Shown piece by piece: positions 1-13,265 of a stretch of DNA of 64,000 bases. The position numbers and the translations under genes were made by a program. The DNA is taken from NCBI RefSeq assembly GCF_006345805.1, contig NC_043001.1, forward strand, positions 806,001 to 870,000, read 5' to 3'. Numbering within the stretch: the first letter of the stretch is position 1; each line of letters opens with the position of its first letter. The notes beneath the pieces were generated by a model. That model made no database searches, was not told the origin of the DNA, and worked only from the letters and a program-made list of their open reading frames with translations. The DNA comes from Octopus sinensis. Lineage: Eukaryota.

Positions 1-960
1 TCAGAGGTAGAAGCTCTCTGAATTTGGCCTCTTTTTACAGCTACATTCTTGGAGCATCCACCTCCACCACTAGCTTGGTTACCTAGATAACAGAAGCTAT
101 TAACTACTTCTAGCTTACCCACCTGGCATTTGATGACGTTTATTTTCTGTATATTTGTAGTGTTTATTGTACCTCTGCTCCTTCTACAGACAAAAACTAG
201 TTTCCCTGCTAACCTTCCTCTCATATTGCTGCACCTCTTATGTCTACTTAGCTTACACTGGGTAAATCTTATATGGAGTTTCTACCTATGCCTTTTCTAC
301 AGATTAAGCAGGGCCACCTACTTGAGGGGATATGTGATTTGTCTGCTTTCCTATTAACTAAGACTTTGGTTTTTGCTAGATTAACTCTAAGGCCCTTTGA
401 TTCTATACCTTACCTTCACACCTGAAATTTCTTCTCTTGTTCTGGAAGAGATTCAGCTATGAGAACAAGGTCATCAGCATCGAGGAGCTCCTAGGAACAG
501 CCCATCTTAGATTCCTCTGTTATTGCCTGGAAGACGATGATGAATAGAAGGAGGATGAAGATCCTTGGTGAACCCCTACTTGTACCCTGAATTCATCACT
601 ATACTTGTTGCCAAACCTCATCTTACTAACTGAATCCCTGTACAGCTCTCACCAACCACTCGTCTATCCCTAGTTTCTGCATTAACCACCAGATAAGGGG
701 ACAGCGGACTCTGTCAAAGGCTTTGTCCATGTCACCAAAAGCCAAGTACAAAGGTTTACCTTTGGCTGTGTATTTCTCCTGCAGCTGCCTTACAAGAAAT
801 ACAGCATCAATGGTGCTTCTCCCTAGCACAACACCAAACTGCATCTAGACTAACTCTCTTCCTAATCAGTTGGACTATGAACCTCTCCAGCATTAAATGA
901 AGTTGTTGTGTCCCCTTCAAGAGAAATGAGCTGCCAACCACTCTCTGTTGTCTCTGTCCA
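1..960 (-). mobile_element. Decayed RTE-clade LINE, ORF2 reverse-transcriptase region
   Basis: ORF 626-844 reads MQFG..GRSTIDAVFLVRQLQEKY.AKGKPLYLAF.DMDKAFDRV..LIWW.MQKLGIDEWLVRAVQ, a typical RTE RT motif block. Reverse complement of 1-120 is similar to the RTE copy at 61480-61600 (KLEVV.SF.YLG.Q). Confidence 0.85.
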
Positions 961-1655
961 TTCAGGGTGGTTATGACCCATGGAGTGAATAGAAGAAAGG
1001 CTGATTGCACTGTAGGGTGGGAAGCAGAAAGAAAAACATAGGGGAAACCAAGTGGTTGTGGTGAAGAAGGAGGAGGGCAAGGAGGAGAAGTAGGAGAGAC
1101 AGTGTTAGGAATAATGGATAAGAAAGATAGTAAAGACAGGACAGAATAGAAGAAAGAGGCAGGAAAGGTGGGCTGTTCTTTTGTACTGGAATACCTGAGA
1201 TGGAAACAGGTGTACATTACTCTGGGATAAATTCTATGCACTGCAGTGAACATTTAACATGGAAAACTGCACACTCTAATGTAGGTTTTACTTCTAGTAT
1301 TTTATTTTGATATTTTAATATCTAAATTTCAAATCTGGTTTTAGTAGTCTTCTTGGCACCAAAGCCAGCCACCCTCTTATGCCATCTCACTCTTCCATTA
1401 TCAGTTAAAGACTTACTACTCTTCATTTCCTCCGTACTACAACTGCTAGCAGTAATTCCTCTCTATACACACAGTATATATATATTCATACATAAGTAAC
1501 ACAAATAAACTATATACATAAATATTAGACATATGCAATATAATAAATTGAAGATCTATTAACTAAGATTATCCATGCAATTAGCAAACAACAATCCCCC
1601 TAGGTGTGTTTCAAATCTAAATCTATTTAACTTTACTTACACATAAACTTACCTA

Positions 1656-1693
<38 letters not shown>

Positions 1694-1849
1694 CACACCA
1701 TAAATATAAACTACTTCAAGAAACAATATGCATGGAGGCTGTACATTTGCAACATACAATGAAAGTAATGTTTCAATATAAATGGATGTTGAGGAAATTT
1801 GAAAATTTAACAATAACACCCATAGTCAGAATGAGACACACACACACAC

Positions 1850-1892
<43 letters not shown>

Positions 1893-2325
1893 TTCTGTGT
1901 TTCTTTCTAGTTTTGTAAAGTAAAAAAAAAAGATTAATTAATGACATCAATAGCTGCAACAAACAGAACAACAACAATATACAGCATTCTCTTAATATCA
2001 TTATCTTTTATTGTATATTGATGTGTTTATTCGTTAAATTGTTTGTTTATCATTTCAATAATTAATAAATCCTAATTTGTCTCTGCTTGTATAAATTTGG
2101 TTTTAATTTTTGAAAAATATCCTAAAAACATTTTCCTTTTTTTCCCCCTTTTTTGTCTTTTTGTTTATGTTTTGTTTTTTCATTGTAATGTGTCTTTTTG
2201 GTTGTTGTTGTTGTTGTTGTTCGTTTTTCTGTCTCATTATATTCGATCGCAATGAATTAAGAATTAAGTAAAAACAAAAACAAACAAACAAACAAGCAAA
2301 TGCACACACATACACGTGCATGTAC

Positions 2326-2364
<39 letters not shown>

Positions 2365-2625
2365 CATGCACACGCATATATATATATAGTGACATCACTA
2401 AATTCTAACAGCAGTACCTCCACCCCCACTCCCTCCCTCCCCAGTAAAAGCAGCAACATCACCGCCACCTCCCCACTACATCCACTCCCAACAACAACAG
2501 CAACAACAATAGCAACAACAACAAGCCATGATGTAAAGGAAGTAGAAGACAAAGACTTAGTTCTTTCATGTATTTAGTGGATGGGTGGAGGGTGGAGGGC
2601 GATGCTGATTGTTGTTAGGTAGAGA

Positions 2626-2659
<34 letters not shown>

Positions 2660-2753
2660 GGTGGTGGTGGTGGTGGTGGTAATGATAATTAGTGATGGTA
2701 CCATGGGGGGTAGGGGACAGGTTTGTTAGAAATAGTGGTTTATAGTGGAGTGT

Positions 2754-2784
<31 letters not shown>

Positions 2785-3265
2785 GGTGGTGATAAAAGGA
2801 TGAGAGTTCTCAAAGTAGAAACTACTTCACTAAATTCTATAACCACCAACAGAACAACAACAACAACAACAACAATAACAAGTGAAACAAAAGGAAAACA
2901 AACAAACAAACAATCCCTGCCCCCTGCCCCCTCCCACTCCAATAACAGATCGTATTGAATTGATGAAGAGGAAAAGCACATTAAAGATGGCAGCAGTTGA
3001 ACAATGAAGAGAAAGAAAGAGACAAGCAATGAGTGAGTGAACTGGTGGTGGGAGGGGGTGGTGCTGGGGGCGGGGGGGGGAATGTGGTCATAAGGTTGAA
3101 GGTATGGGGAATGGTATGTGGAGTGGTGGTGGTGGTGGTAGTAATGTTGTAGTAGAGTTAGTGGTAGTAGTACAGGCGATGGTGGTTTTCATAATGGTTG
3201 TTGTTGTTGTTGTTGTTGCTTAGCCTGATGTAAATAAAACAAGGGAAAAAAACGAAATAGGAAAG

Positions 3266-3305
<40 letters not shown>

Positions 3306-3574
3306 GGGATATAGAGAAGGAAAGAGAGGGAGAGAGAGAGAGAGAAAGAGAGATAGAGAGGGATATAGAGAAAGAGGGAGAGGGAGAGAAAGAGGAAGAG
3401 AGAGAGAGAGAGAGGGGGAGAGATGTGCTCCAGTGTGTGTGGTTGTGTTGTTCTGAGTGGATGTCATAAATGGATTGTTTATGTGTGCATGAAAGGGAGT
3501 CATAGTATGATGGGTGTGTGCTTGGCATGCATCTGTGTTTCTTACATAAAAAATGTAGTGTGGCACAACTGCTT

Positions 3575-4017
<443 letters not shown>

Positions 4018-4441
4018 CTTGCAGCACACACGCTTTCAAGAAACAAGAGGAAAAGTACTCAATACGTTTATGTGATGTATTTGTGTATATTTGGCTGAGG
4101 CTGAATAGATAAGCATGTGTGTGTGTGTGTGTGTGTGTGACTGGGTTTGCCTTTTTGTGTATGTGTGTCTGTATTATTTACATCCTTAAAACAAGAAGAG
4201 AGAGAGAGAGAGAGATGGGGGCGTAGAGAAAGAGAGAAAGAGAGAGGGAGGGGGAAGGGAGAGATGGAAGGAGAGAGGGAGGAAGATGTTTAAATGAAAG
4301 AGTAACAGTACTAGTAGTAGTAGTAGTAGTAGTATCAGCTGGTTTCTGTGATTGGAGATGTGATGCCTCCTGCTGTGAGTGAACTGCAAAGAGGAGGAGG
4401 AGGAGGAAGAGACATCTGTGGTGCTGCTTCACTTCAACGTC

Positions 4442-4476
<35 letters not shown>

Positions 4477-5053
4477 TGGCTGCATTGAAAAGTATTCCTT
4501 TATTGGTTTCACTTGCCGACTGTGGCCATGCTGGGGCACCACCTTTGTCAGTCATATCAACTCCAGTATTTATTTTAGTGGTATGTATTTCTAAAACCGC
4601 TAAATCACGGTACAAAATACATGGGATGAGATCTGCAAACATTTGGCTAAACTTCTTCACCCCACAGCATTGTCAGTCCCCCTCCTCCCCCTCTCTCTAT
4701 ATATGTATATGAAAGGATGCCTTTGCTACACGTCCATTGTTGGAAAGTCCAGGGAAGGGTCCAGTCACCTGACCTGGTCGACAGTTATCGCTCATTTTGA
4801 ATCTCTCTCACAAATATGGCCAGACATGACCTTTCGTTAGAATGCAGAGTGCTTTTCACCTTCTGCAACTTCCTTGGCTGCTTGTCCTTCGTTATAAGTT
4901 ACGTGCGTGCGTGCGTGCGTGCGTGCGTGTGTGTGTGTGTGTGTTATTAAAAAAAAATTTTTTTTGAAGTTCTTCTAAGAGAGTTTAAACCTGTTGCTAT
5001 TGTATGTATGTGTATGTATGTTTGTTTGCATTGACAGCATTTGAAAGATTGTA

Positions 5054-5440
5054 GTAGGAGCACTCCGTCGGTTACGACGATGAGGGTCCCAGCTGATACG
5101 ATCAACGGAACAGCCTGCTCGTGGAATTAACGTGCAAGTGGCTGAGCATGCCACAGACATGTGTACCCTTAACGTAGTTCTCGAGGAGATTCAGCGTGAC
5201 ACAGAGTGTGACAAGGCTGGCCCTTTGAAATACAGGTACAACAGAAACAAGAAGAAAGAGTGAGAGAAAGTTGTGGTGAAAGAGTACAGCAGGGTTCACC
5301 CCCCCCCCCCCTGCAGGAGCCTTGTGAAGCTTTAGGTGTTTTCGCTCAATAAACACTCACAATGCCCGGTCTGGGAATCGAAACCGCGATCCAACGACCG
5401 TGAGTCCGCTGCCCTAACCACTGGGCCATTGCGACTCCAC
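5054..5440 (-). mobile_element. Near-intact tRNA-derived SINE (family A) with 12 bp target-site duplication
   Basis: Minus-strand head GGAGTCGCAATGGCCCAGTGGTTAGGGCAGCGGACTC...GGTTTCGATTCCC has A and B boxes. TGAAAGATTGTA is duplicated at 5042-5053 and 5441-5452. The 3' half recurs at about 10990, 21790 and 30870. Confidence 0.9.
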
Positions 5441-6329
5441 TGAAAGATTGTAATGTTATGTTTACCTTTATAGTAAACAATGCACACACACAACACACAC
5501 ACACACACACACACACAGGCCTATGTATGCACACATAAATATAAATACAGCCATAGTCATGGGTTACTCTGTCTTTCTCAGCTTCTGTATATAAGACATA
5601 AGTAGATAAGTGTAGATGGGTACTTTATAAGACCCATCTCACCTCATCTCAAGACGAAGTATATTCCACTGAAGGTGCTCAATATTTAATTAAATGCTAA
5701 TTAGATTGCTGACAACAATACTTATGTGAAGGATATCGAATGCAATAGAGAGATCTCGATTATATCATACAATGGTGATATCAATGCATTACCTTATTGA
5801 ACAATATTTTGTGGCTACATCTCATTGGTTAGAAGGCAAGAAGGCCAAATGTTAGTGGTACAGTCGTATATATTTTATGTCTGTTTTACCATGCTAGCAT
5901 GTGTTAGATGAATAGATATCATTGGGGTGTTGTTTTCCAGTGAGAAGCTCTTCTTGCTGCTAATCTTTACCTACTTTCAAGTAAAAGAATGTTCGTTGTG
6001 CTTTTCAACTGTGGAAGTGCAGGGCCATGAGATGATTTGTCAGCAGGAAACATGACCAAAGCTCAATGAGATTTATACTCTCACAGAAAAGAAATATTTT
6101 CACACACATACACACACACACACACATGTATATGTATATATATATATCTCACAGGACGTGTATTGGCATTGTCTATCAGATTCACTTGTAAGGCATTCGT
6201 CAGACTGGGGCTACAGTTTGAAGACATTCTCACAAGGTGTCACACCATGGCACTGACCCTGAAACCAAGTGGTTAGGAGCAAACTTCCCACCTGCCTGCT
6301 TGTCCACCTATCCGTGTACATATGCATGA

Positions 6330-6492
6330 TGCTCTCAGAGTGGTTGGCATTAGGAAGGGCACCCAGCCATAGAAAACCATGTCAAATCAGACTGGAGTCT
6401 GGTGCAGCCTTCCAGCATGCCATCCCCAGTCACAGTGTCCAATGCATGCAAGCATGGACAATGGTCGTTAGATGATGATGATGATGTTGATG
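6330..6492 (+). mobile_element. RTE 3'-tail fragment ending in (GAT)n
   Basis: GGTTGGCATTAGGAAGGGCACCCAGC...(GAT)n matches 62520-62677. Confidence 0.75.
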
Positions 6493-6493
6493 A

Positions 6494-6629
6494 GGGGCAG
6501 GCATGGCTGTGTGGTAAGAAGCTTCCTTCCCACCACGTGGCACCTTGGGCAAGTGCCCTCCACTGGAGCCTTAGACTGACCAAAGCTTTGTGTGTGGATT
6601 TGGTAGATGGAAATAGAAAGAAGCCCATC

Positions 6630-6687
<58 letters not shown>

Positions 6688-6886
6688 CTGTGTTTGTCCT
6701 CCCACCATTGCTTGACAATTGATGTTGGTGTGAATACGACCCTGTAACATAGGGGTTTGGAAAAAGAGACTGACTGAATAAGTACTAGGCTTACAGAAAT
6801 AAATCCTGGGGTCGATTTGTTTGACTAAAGGCAGTGCTCCAGCATGGCTTCAGTCAAATGACTGAGACAAGTAAAAGAATAAAAGA

Positions 6887-6887
<1 letters not shown>
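6494..6887 (+). mobile_element. tRNA-derived SINE (family B) with internal (TA)n(TG)n
   Basis: Head GGCATGGCTGTGTGGTAAGAAGCTT; body GATTTGGTAG..GGAAA..GAAAGAAGCCC; tail CCAGCATGGC..CAGT.AAATGACTGA.ACAAGTAAAAGAATAAA. Colinear with 20545-20905. Confidence 0.85.
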
Positions 6888-6920
<33 letters not shown>

Positions 6921-7936
6921 CTGTATGTATGTATGTATGTCTGTATCAAACCCCACCCATTATTGATTTATATATATATATATATATACTTGGTGGAACA
7001 TGGAACTCAGCTGTTGAGTCAATTATGTGATTCTACTGCTGAAAAATATTTTAATACATGTGTGTACACACACACACATATGTACACACATAACTACACA
7101 CACACACGCGCGCACACCTACTTTCACTGCTCCTCCCATCTCATTTCGTATTCCATGCAAATCCCCTTACACACTGATATGTTTATTTTTTCCACCCAAT
7201 TTGTCCAGCTTAGACTCAATTGCACCCAATCAACTGCAATCCAAGCCTTGATCCTATCAAACAAGTCACAGTTTCCAAAGTAATTAATATCACTTCTCTT
7301 GTTCCACTCCGCCGTCAGATCAATGGAGAACTAGATTGATTAAGTCAAGACGAGAATAATAAAGAAAGAAACAAACAAAAGTCTAAAGTCACTTATAAAC
7401 ACGTTGCTTCTGTACGTACGTGCATGTGTGTGTGTATGTACATATACACACGTACACATACATACATGTACACATATGTATGCATGGATACACACACATT
7501 TAAGCAGGGAATTGGCAGAGTTGATAGAGTGTAAGACAAATTGCTTTGTTGTATTTCTTTCACTTCCCTGCACATTGAGTTCAAATTCTGCCAAGGTTAA
7601 CTTTGCCTTCTTTTTCTCAGAGGTCAATAATATCCAGTGGAGGGGGAGAGAAATTATTGGAACATGGGATGTGATGCCTGGTGGTATTTCTTCCAGTTCC
7701 TTCAGTTGAAAGTTGTTGGGTGGTACAGTGTATCAACCAGTTTAACAGCGCCTGTCCCCAGGGCTTTGAGAGTTGGACCAAGTCTCTTGAGTTGTGAGAA
7801 TAGCTTCCTCCCTCCCTACGACTCATCTCAGAGGTTCCAAACATAAAGGTTCTTTGGTATTAGTGCCTTTCCCTCATTAATTAAAGACTCAAAGAAAAAA
7901 AAAGAGAGAGAGATTTTTAGTTTAGAGAATAGTAAA

Positions 7937-7998
<62 letters not shown>

Positions 7999-8020
7999 AT
8001 AATAATAATAATAATGATTA

Positions 8021-8248
8021 TTCTTTACTGCCCACAAGGGGTTAAGCATAGAGGGGACAAACAAGGACAGACAAAGGGATTAAGTCGATTACATCGACCC
8101 CAGTACGAAACTGGTACTTTATTTATCGACCCCGAAAGGATGAAAGGCAAAGTTGACCTCAGCGGAATTTGAACTCAGAACGTAACAACAGCCGAAATAC
8201 CGCTAAGCATTTCGCCTGGCATGCTAACGTTTCTGCCAGCTTGCCGCC
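8021..8248 (-). mobile_element. tRNA-derived SINE (family C)
   Basis: Minus strand GGCGGCAAGCTGGCAGAAACGTTAGC...GAGTTCAAATTCCGCTGAGGTCAACTTTGCCTTTCATCCTTTCGGGGTCGATAAATAAAGTACCAG; many paralogues in the window; flanked by (AAT)n. Confidence 0.9.
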
Positions 8249-8290
<42 letters not shown>

Positions 8291-8291
<1 letters not shown>

Positions 8292-8502
8292 CCTTTCTAC
8301 TAAAGGCACAAGGCTTGGAATTTTGGGGGAGGGGATAGTTGATTACATCAACCCCAGTGTTTCACTGGTACTTTATTTATTGACCCTGAAAGGATGAAAG
8401 GCAAAGCCAACCTTGGTGGAATTTGAACTCAGAATGTAGCGCCGGGTAAAATACCATTAAGCATTTCATCCAGCATGCTAGCAATTCTGCCAGCTTGCTG
8501 CC
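8291..8502 (-). mobile_element. tRNA-derived SINE (family C), second tandem copy with a different 3' end
   Basis: Same head and core as 8021-8248, separated from it by (AAT)n. Confidence 0.9.
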
Positions 8503-8976
8503 TTATTAATAATAATAATAATAATAATAATAATTATATATATGCGCATACATTTGTAATAACAAATGAAAAGAAGAACTCAATACCACAAAGTAGAGTA
8601 CAAAACATTTAATTTGATCAGCTGTTATCAATATGATGGACTGATGAACTATGCTGATTAAACAATGCAAACAAGCAGTATCTACTGGCATTGGCTACAG
8701 CTAACCAACTTAAATCATGAGCAGAACATGGAATCTACGTCTCCACACTTGTCATTTGTGATGACAAATTATGAACTCCTATTGGAATTTATATAACATG
8801 GACCAGAAGCATTTCTACCACTTCTACGCACAACTTTCCTTGGATAATGATAGTGCAAGTATAACATCTTTACACATTTTTATTTTTTGCATTCATTCTC
8901 CTATTTCCCTATAGACTCCTTATTTGCTTCCTTTTCCAAAATAACTCCTCATATTGAACTTTAACCATCTCACATC

Positions 8977-9024
8977 GTCTCTGATGACAAGATATCCCTA
9001 ATATCCTAGAAACAGCTGTAAGAC
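8977..9024 (+). ncRNA. Candidate type I hammerhead ribozyme (Penelope/retrozyme-like, palindromic stem III)
   Basis: GTCT-CTGATGA-C-AAGATAT ccCTA ATATCCT-A-GAAA-CAGCTG-TA-AGAC: both core boxes, stem I GTCT/AGAC, stem II with one internal mismatch and an unpaired C/A closing position, ACAGCTGT palindrome, GUA cleavage triplet. Confidence 0.6.
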
Positions 9025-9089
9025 TAACTTTCTCATTATAAATGTCCTGAAAATCCCACACAGCCATGGCTTTCTTGTATCATTTTATT

Positions 9090-9123
<34 letters not shown>

Positions 9124-9647
9124 ATGTACGTATATATTATATATTTAAGTTAATGTTTGTTTTTATGCTCAGTTGTAATAAAACCTATTTCACAATAATC
9201 TGGTGTGTTACTCTATTCTTTTGTACAGTATAAGTTCATTATCCTTAAACAAGAATATTATTTGACAGTGACTTTGAAGTTTTGGTCAGTTGAGCCATAA
9301 ATCAAGTGTTTATACATATATGATGATGATGAATTCTCTTGTTGTGAATGGCAAATGAGGGCTCAATAAAATAAAGCAGTAATCATGTTCTGTAGACACG
9401 AATGTGTCTCTTGAGGGGCCTCTGCTGGTGCCTTGCAAACCTTTTGGCAAATGGAGCAAGTGTTGAGGACTCAGTTTGCTCAAGTGCTTGTGGATGATTC
9501 ACTATGTGTTTTGTTGAGTGGACAGCAAGGCCTGCTTTGCTCCAGGCCACTGAGCCATAATGACAGTTTACTTTGCTCAAATCTTTGAAATGAGGAGAAG
9601 CAGGGCTGGTGCCAGGTTCTGAATTCTGATGGTTTGTTTTCTCAGGA

Positions 9648-9741
<94 letters not shown>

Positions 9742-12174
9742 AGTATTTTGAAATTGCTCTAAATATTAGTGGAAGGTAAAAGAAGAGAAGCAGACATGAC
9801 AATTGTTTACGTAAAATGAACATGGTCTGAGTTTGTGGTCAGAAGCTGGATTATTGCTCAATGTCAGCAAAAACAAGGACAATAAGGAACGTATTATGTG
9901 AACCCACTGAATAAAGTAAAAGAGGGTTTTTTTCCGTGGAGTTGCTGTCTCTAGTGAGGTTGATTGCTACATAAAATAAATTAACTGGAGAACAACAATG
10001 GCTGAATATGGCATACAGAAATGGAACATTATTTAGAAGGAGGAGAATAGTTAAAAAGAAACTTAGACAAGTTTAATCAAAGCTTTGATTTTTTTTGCAG
10101 TCATGTCTTAATGAACAAGTGGCAAATTAATAAAACTGGTCAGAAAAGAAATGAAGTTTTTGTAATTTGCTGTTTGAATAAAATGCTCTGAATTTTTTCA
10201 ACTGAAATCTTAACAAATAAATGAATAAAATCAGTTTTAATAGAAACTGAAGATGATCTTTCAACTGGAACTGATGTGTTTTAGACATATTACTAGAGTA
10301 GATTCTAGTTGAGAGAAACGTATTAATTTTAAAAAGATAGAAGGGAAAAAAAGAAGAAAACCAAGATATATATAGAAAAATGGAATCAGGTATTATGATA
10401 AAGAAATAGAAAATATCTTTAAAAAGAAAATGCCCAAATAGTCATATCTTCAATATAACACTATGTGTGTGTGTGTGTATTAATGTGCATGTGTACACAC
10501 AAATATACATGTGTGTGTATAGACTCACACACATAGTTTTGACCACATGTACTCAATGTGTTTGGCTCATTTGCCAGTTTGCTGTTGTACAGTGCTCTTT
10601 TGAGACGACCCCTTCATAACACTGGTTATTAAGACACATGAAGGTGATAAATAAGTGAGACAACTCACCTCCAGACCCATTCAGGAGTGATGGATACTGG
10701 TATTTCACCATTTTTGTGACTTACCAATACCATGCATGTGAATTGAAGTGGGGGGATTAAACTGAATCGTTTGCCTATGACAATATACAAATTGCGTAAG
10801 AACCATATATAAATATATTTGCATGTATACACACACACACACACTTACATATGTATATCTATATGTATACATACACACATCTAAATATATGTATGTGAGT
10901 GTGTGTGTCTCTATTTAGATGGAGTTCTGTGGGTTTCAATGATGAAGACTGAGTTAGTTGATCAATTAAATTTCCTGCTTATTGTATTAACAGGAAAGTG
11001 GCTGAGTATTTCAAAGACACATGTACCCCTAACATAATTCTTAGTAGAATTAGTCAGACACGATGCATGACAAAGTTGTACCTTTGAATTACTGCCGCAA
11101 TCCAGACCGCAGTGCAGTTTCTATCTGTCCACTTTCACTCACAAGAGACAGATCAACCCAAGACTGTGGAAAATGATGTTTCTTCAAGTTGTCACTCGGG
11201 AGTGAGTGGACAAACAAAAGAAAAAGGCACTCAACCCACCTTGTAGGGGTTACATGTATTATTATTTAAAACAGTTTGATTCGGCCTTGTGTAACTTAAA
11301 GTTTCTTGCTTGTCAAGCTTGGCTGATTCATGCCATCTTGGTTAGCATTTGTCAGAAATCAAGGGGGAGATAAATAAAATTCCCTTCATTAATTTTACAT
11401 CAAGATAAGAACTTCAGGACAAACTGGCCAACAGCTGGAATTCAACTTGGGATTGGAACAATAGAATGATTGCATTACAGCATTAATTCTGATCCAACCT
11501 GAACCTCTGATCAAACACCACCAACGCATACAGTCATTATAGACATATTATTGTCATCTTGTTTAGCTCTCTTCAGTTTTAGGCTGCAGGTCCAATTAGC
11601 CGTCCACAGGAGCTAGCTTAAAAGGTCTGCATGGAGTGTAGCTTTTAAGCTAGTATAGGTATGTATGTATGTATGTGCGTATGTATGTATGTGCGTATAT
11701 GTATGTATCAGTGTATATATGTATGTGTATGTGTGCATGTATGTATGTATGTATGTATGTATGTATGATGTATGCGTTTATGTATGAATGTCTGTATGTA
11801 TGTTTGTAAGTATGTGTGCATGCATGTATGTATGTATGTATATGTATGTATGTATATGTATGTATGTGCAGATCTGTATGTTTTATGTATACCTTCTCAT
11901 GCATATACTTGCATATCTAGACATGCTCATATATATTTCAATGATAAACTTCTGGAAAGTTTTACAGTTCCAGTGATTCATTGGATCTGTAGTCTTCGAA
12001 TCAGTTTTTTCTGTTCTGGTTTTGAGAGCCTAATTTCTCAAGATTGGTATTTAGTCAGTGTTCTACATTCCAGAGACAGTGGTGGTGGTGTGGGTGGGAT
12101 TTGAACCTATGCCAGCTAGCACAGGCGATATCCAAAAATGTGATCTGCGGGAATCTCCGTTTGCTTGATTCTCA

Positions 12175-12420
<246 letters not shown>

Positions 12421-13232
12421 ATGCACATACACATATATATATAGAGAGATGCAGTGTGCACATGCATATCTATGTAAATATGTATACATGCTCACACTCA
12501 GAAGTATGTGTGTTATCCACGTGCATCCTACATCGAAATGGCACACACAACTACTCACATGTGTGTCACAAATGCATCTCACTTTTTCTTTTTCTCATTT
12601 TATTATTTCTTTAAGAAAGCACATTTTTTCAAAAAGTATATTTTCTGAAAAACGTATGAATTGGAAGAAATTTTGTGATATTTTCTTCTGCCGATTTTCT
12701 TTGAATATGTATCTGTTTATCAAATGCACTGCAACCCAATGTCAGAGTAACAAGCATTGAACAGAAGTAGGCCAAGGAATTCTGGCAATCAATTAGTTCA
12801 GAGGAGACTTGGAAAATGGTAAGTGCTATGGAGAAATTACTTTCAGATCCAAAATAAGGTCAAATAGACATTAGCAGTTCCCTCGAAACCAAAGTGATCT
12901 GTCTGTCTGTCTGTCTGTCTGTCTTTCTGTCTGCCTGCCTGTCTATCTTTCTATCTATCTGTGATATTGACACTTCTTCCTCTGCCACTCTTTTACAGGT
13001 TCCAATCAAGATGGCTATGGCCATTTATTGCACATTTTGTCACTTCTATTAATATTGTTTTAATCACTTGCTCTAGTCATTGAACTCTGGCCATACTGGG
13101 GCACAGCCTTGAAATTACATAGTTGCCTCCAGTATCTAGTCTGGTGCCTATTCTATCTTTTTGCCAAAGTATTAAATTCTAGGGACAAAAACCAACACTG
13201 ATTATCAACCAATGATGAAGGCAAACAAGATG

Positions 13233-13265
<33 letters not shown>

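Noticed and set aside
2320-3029. Ser/Thr-rich and His/Pro-rich ORFs
   Set aside because: They are built from (CAA)n, (GGT)n and (GAT)n tracts, with no splice or domain support.
5370-5438. tRNA gene
   Set aside because: It is the head of a SINE, continuous with the SINE body and bounded by a TSD; the acceptor stem is not intact.
9383-9450. C2H2 zinc-finger resemblance (KRFARH..LKRHIRV)
   Set aside because: It lacks the CxxC and the second His, so it is not called a ZNF.
12720-13080. Donor GTAAGT near 12818 and acceptor TTTTACAG near 12998 suggesting a short intron
   Set aside because: The flanking frames hit stops quickly; at most non-coding, and unsupported without RNA data.
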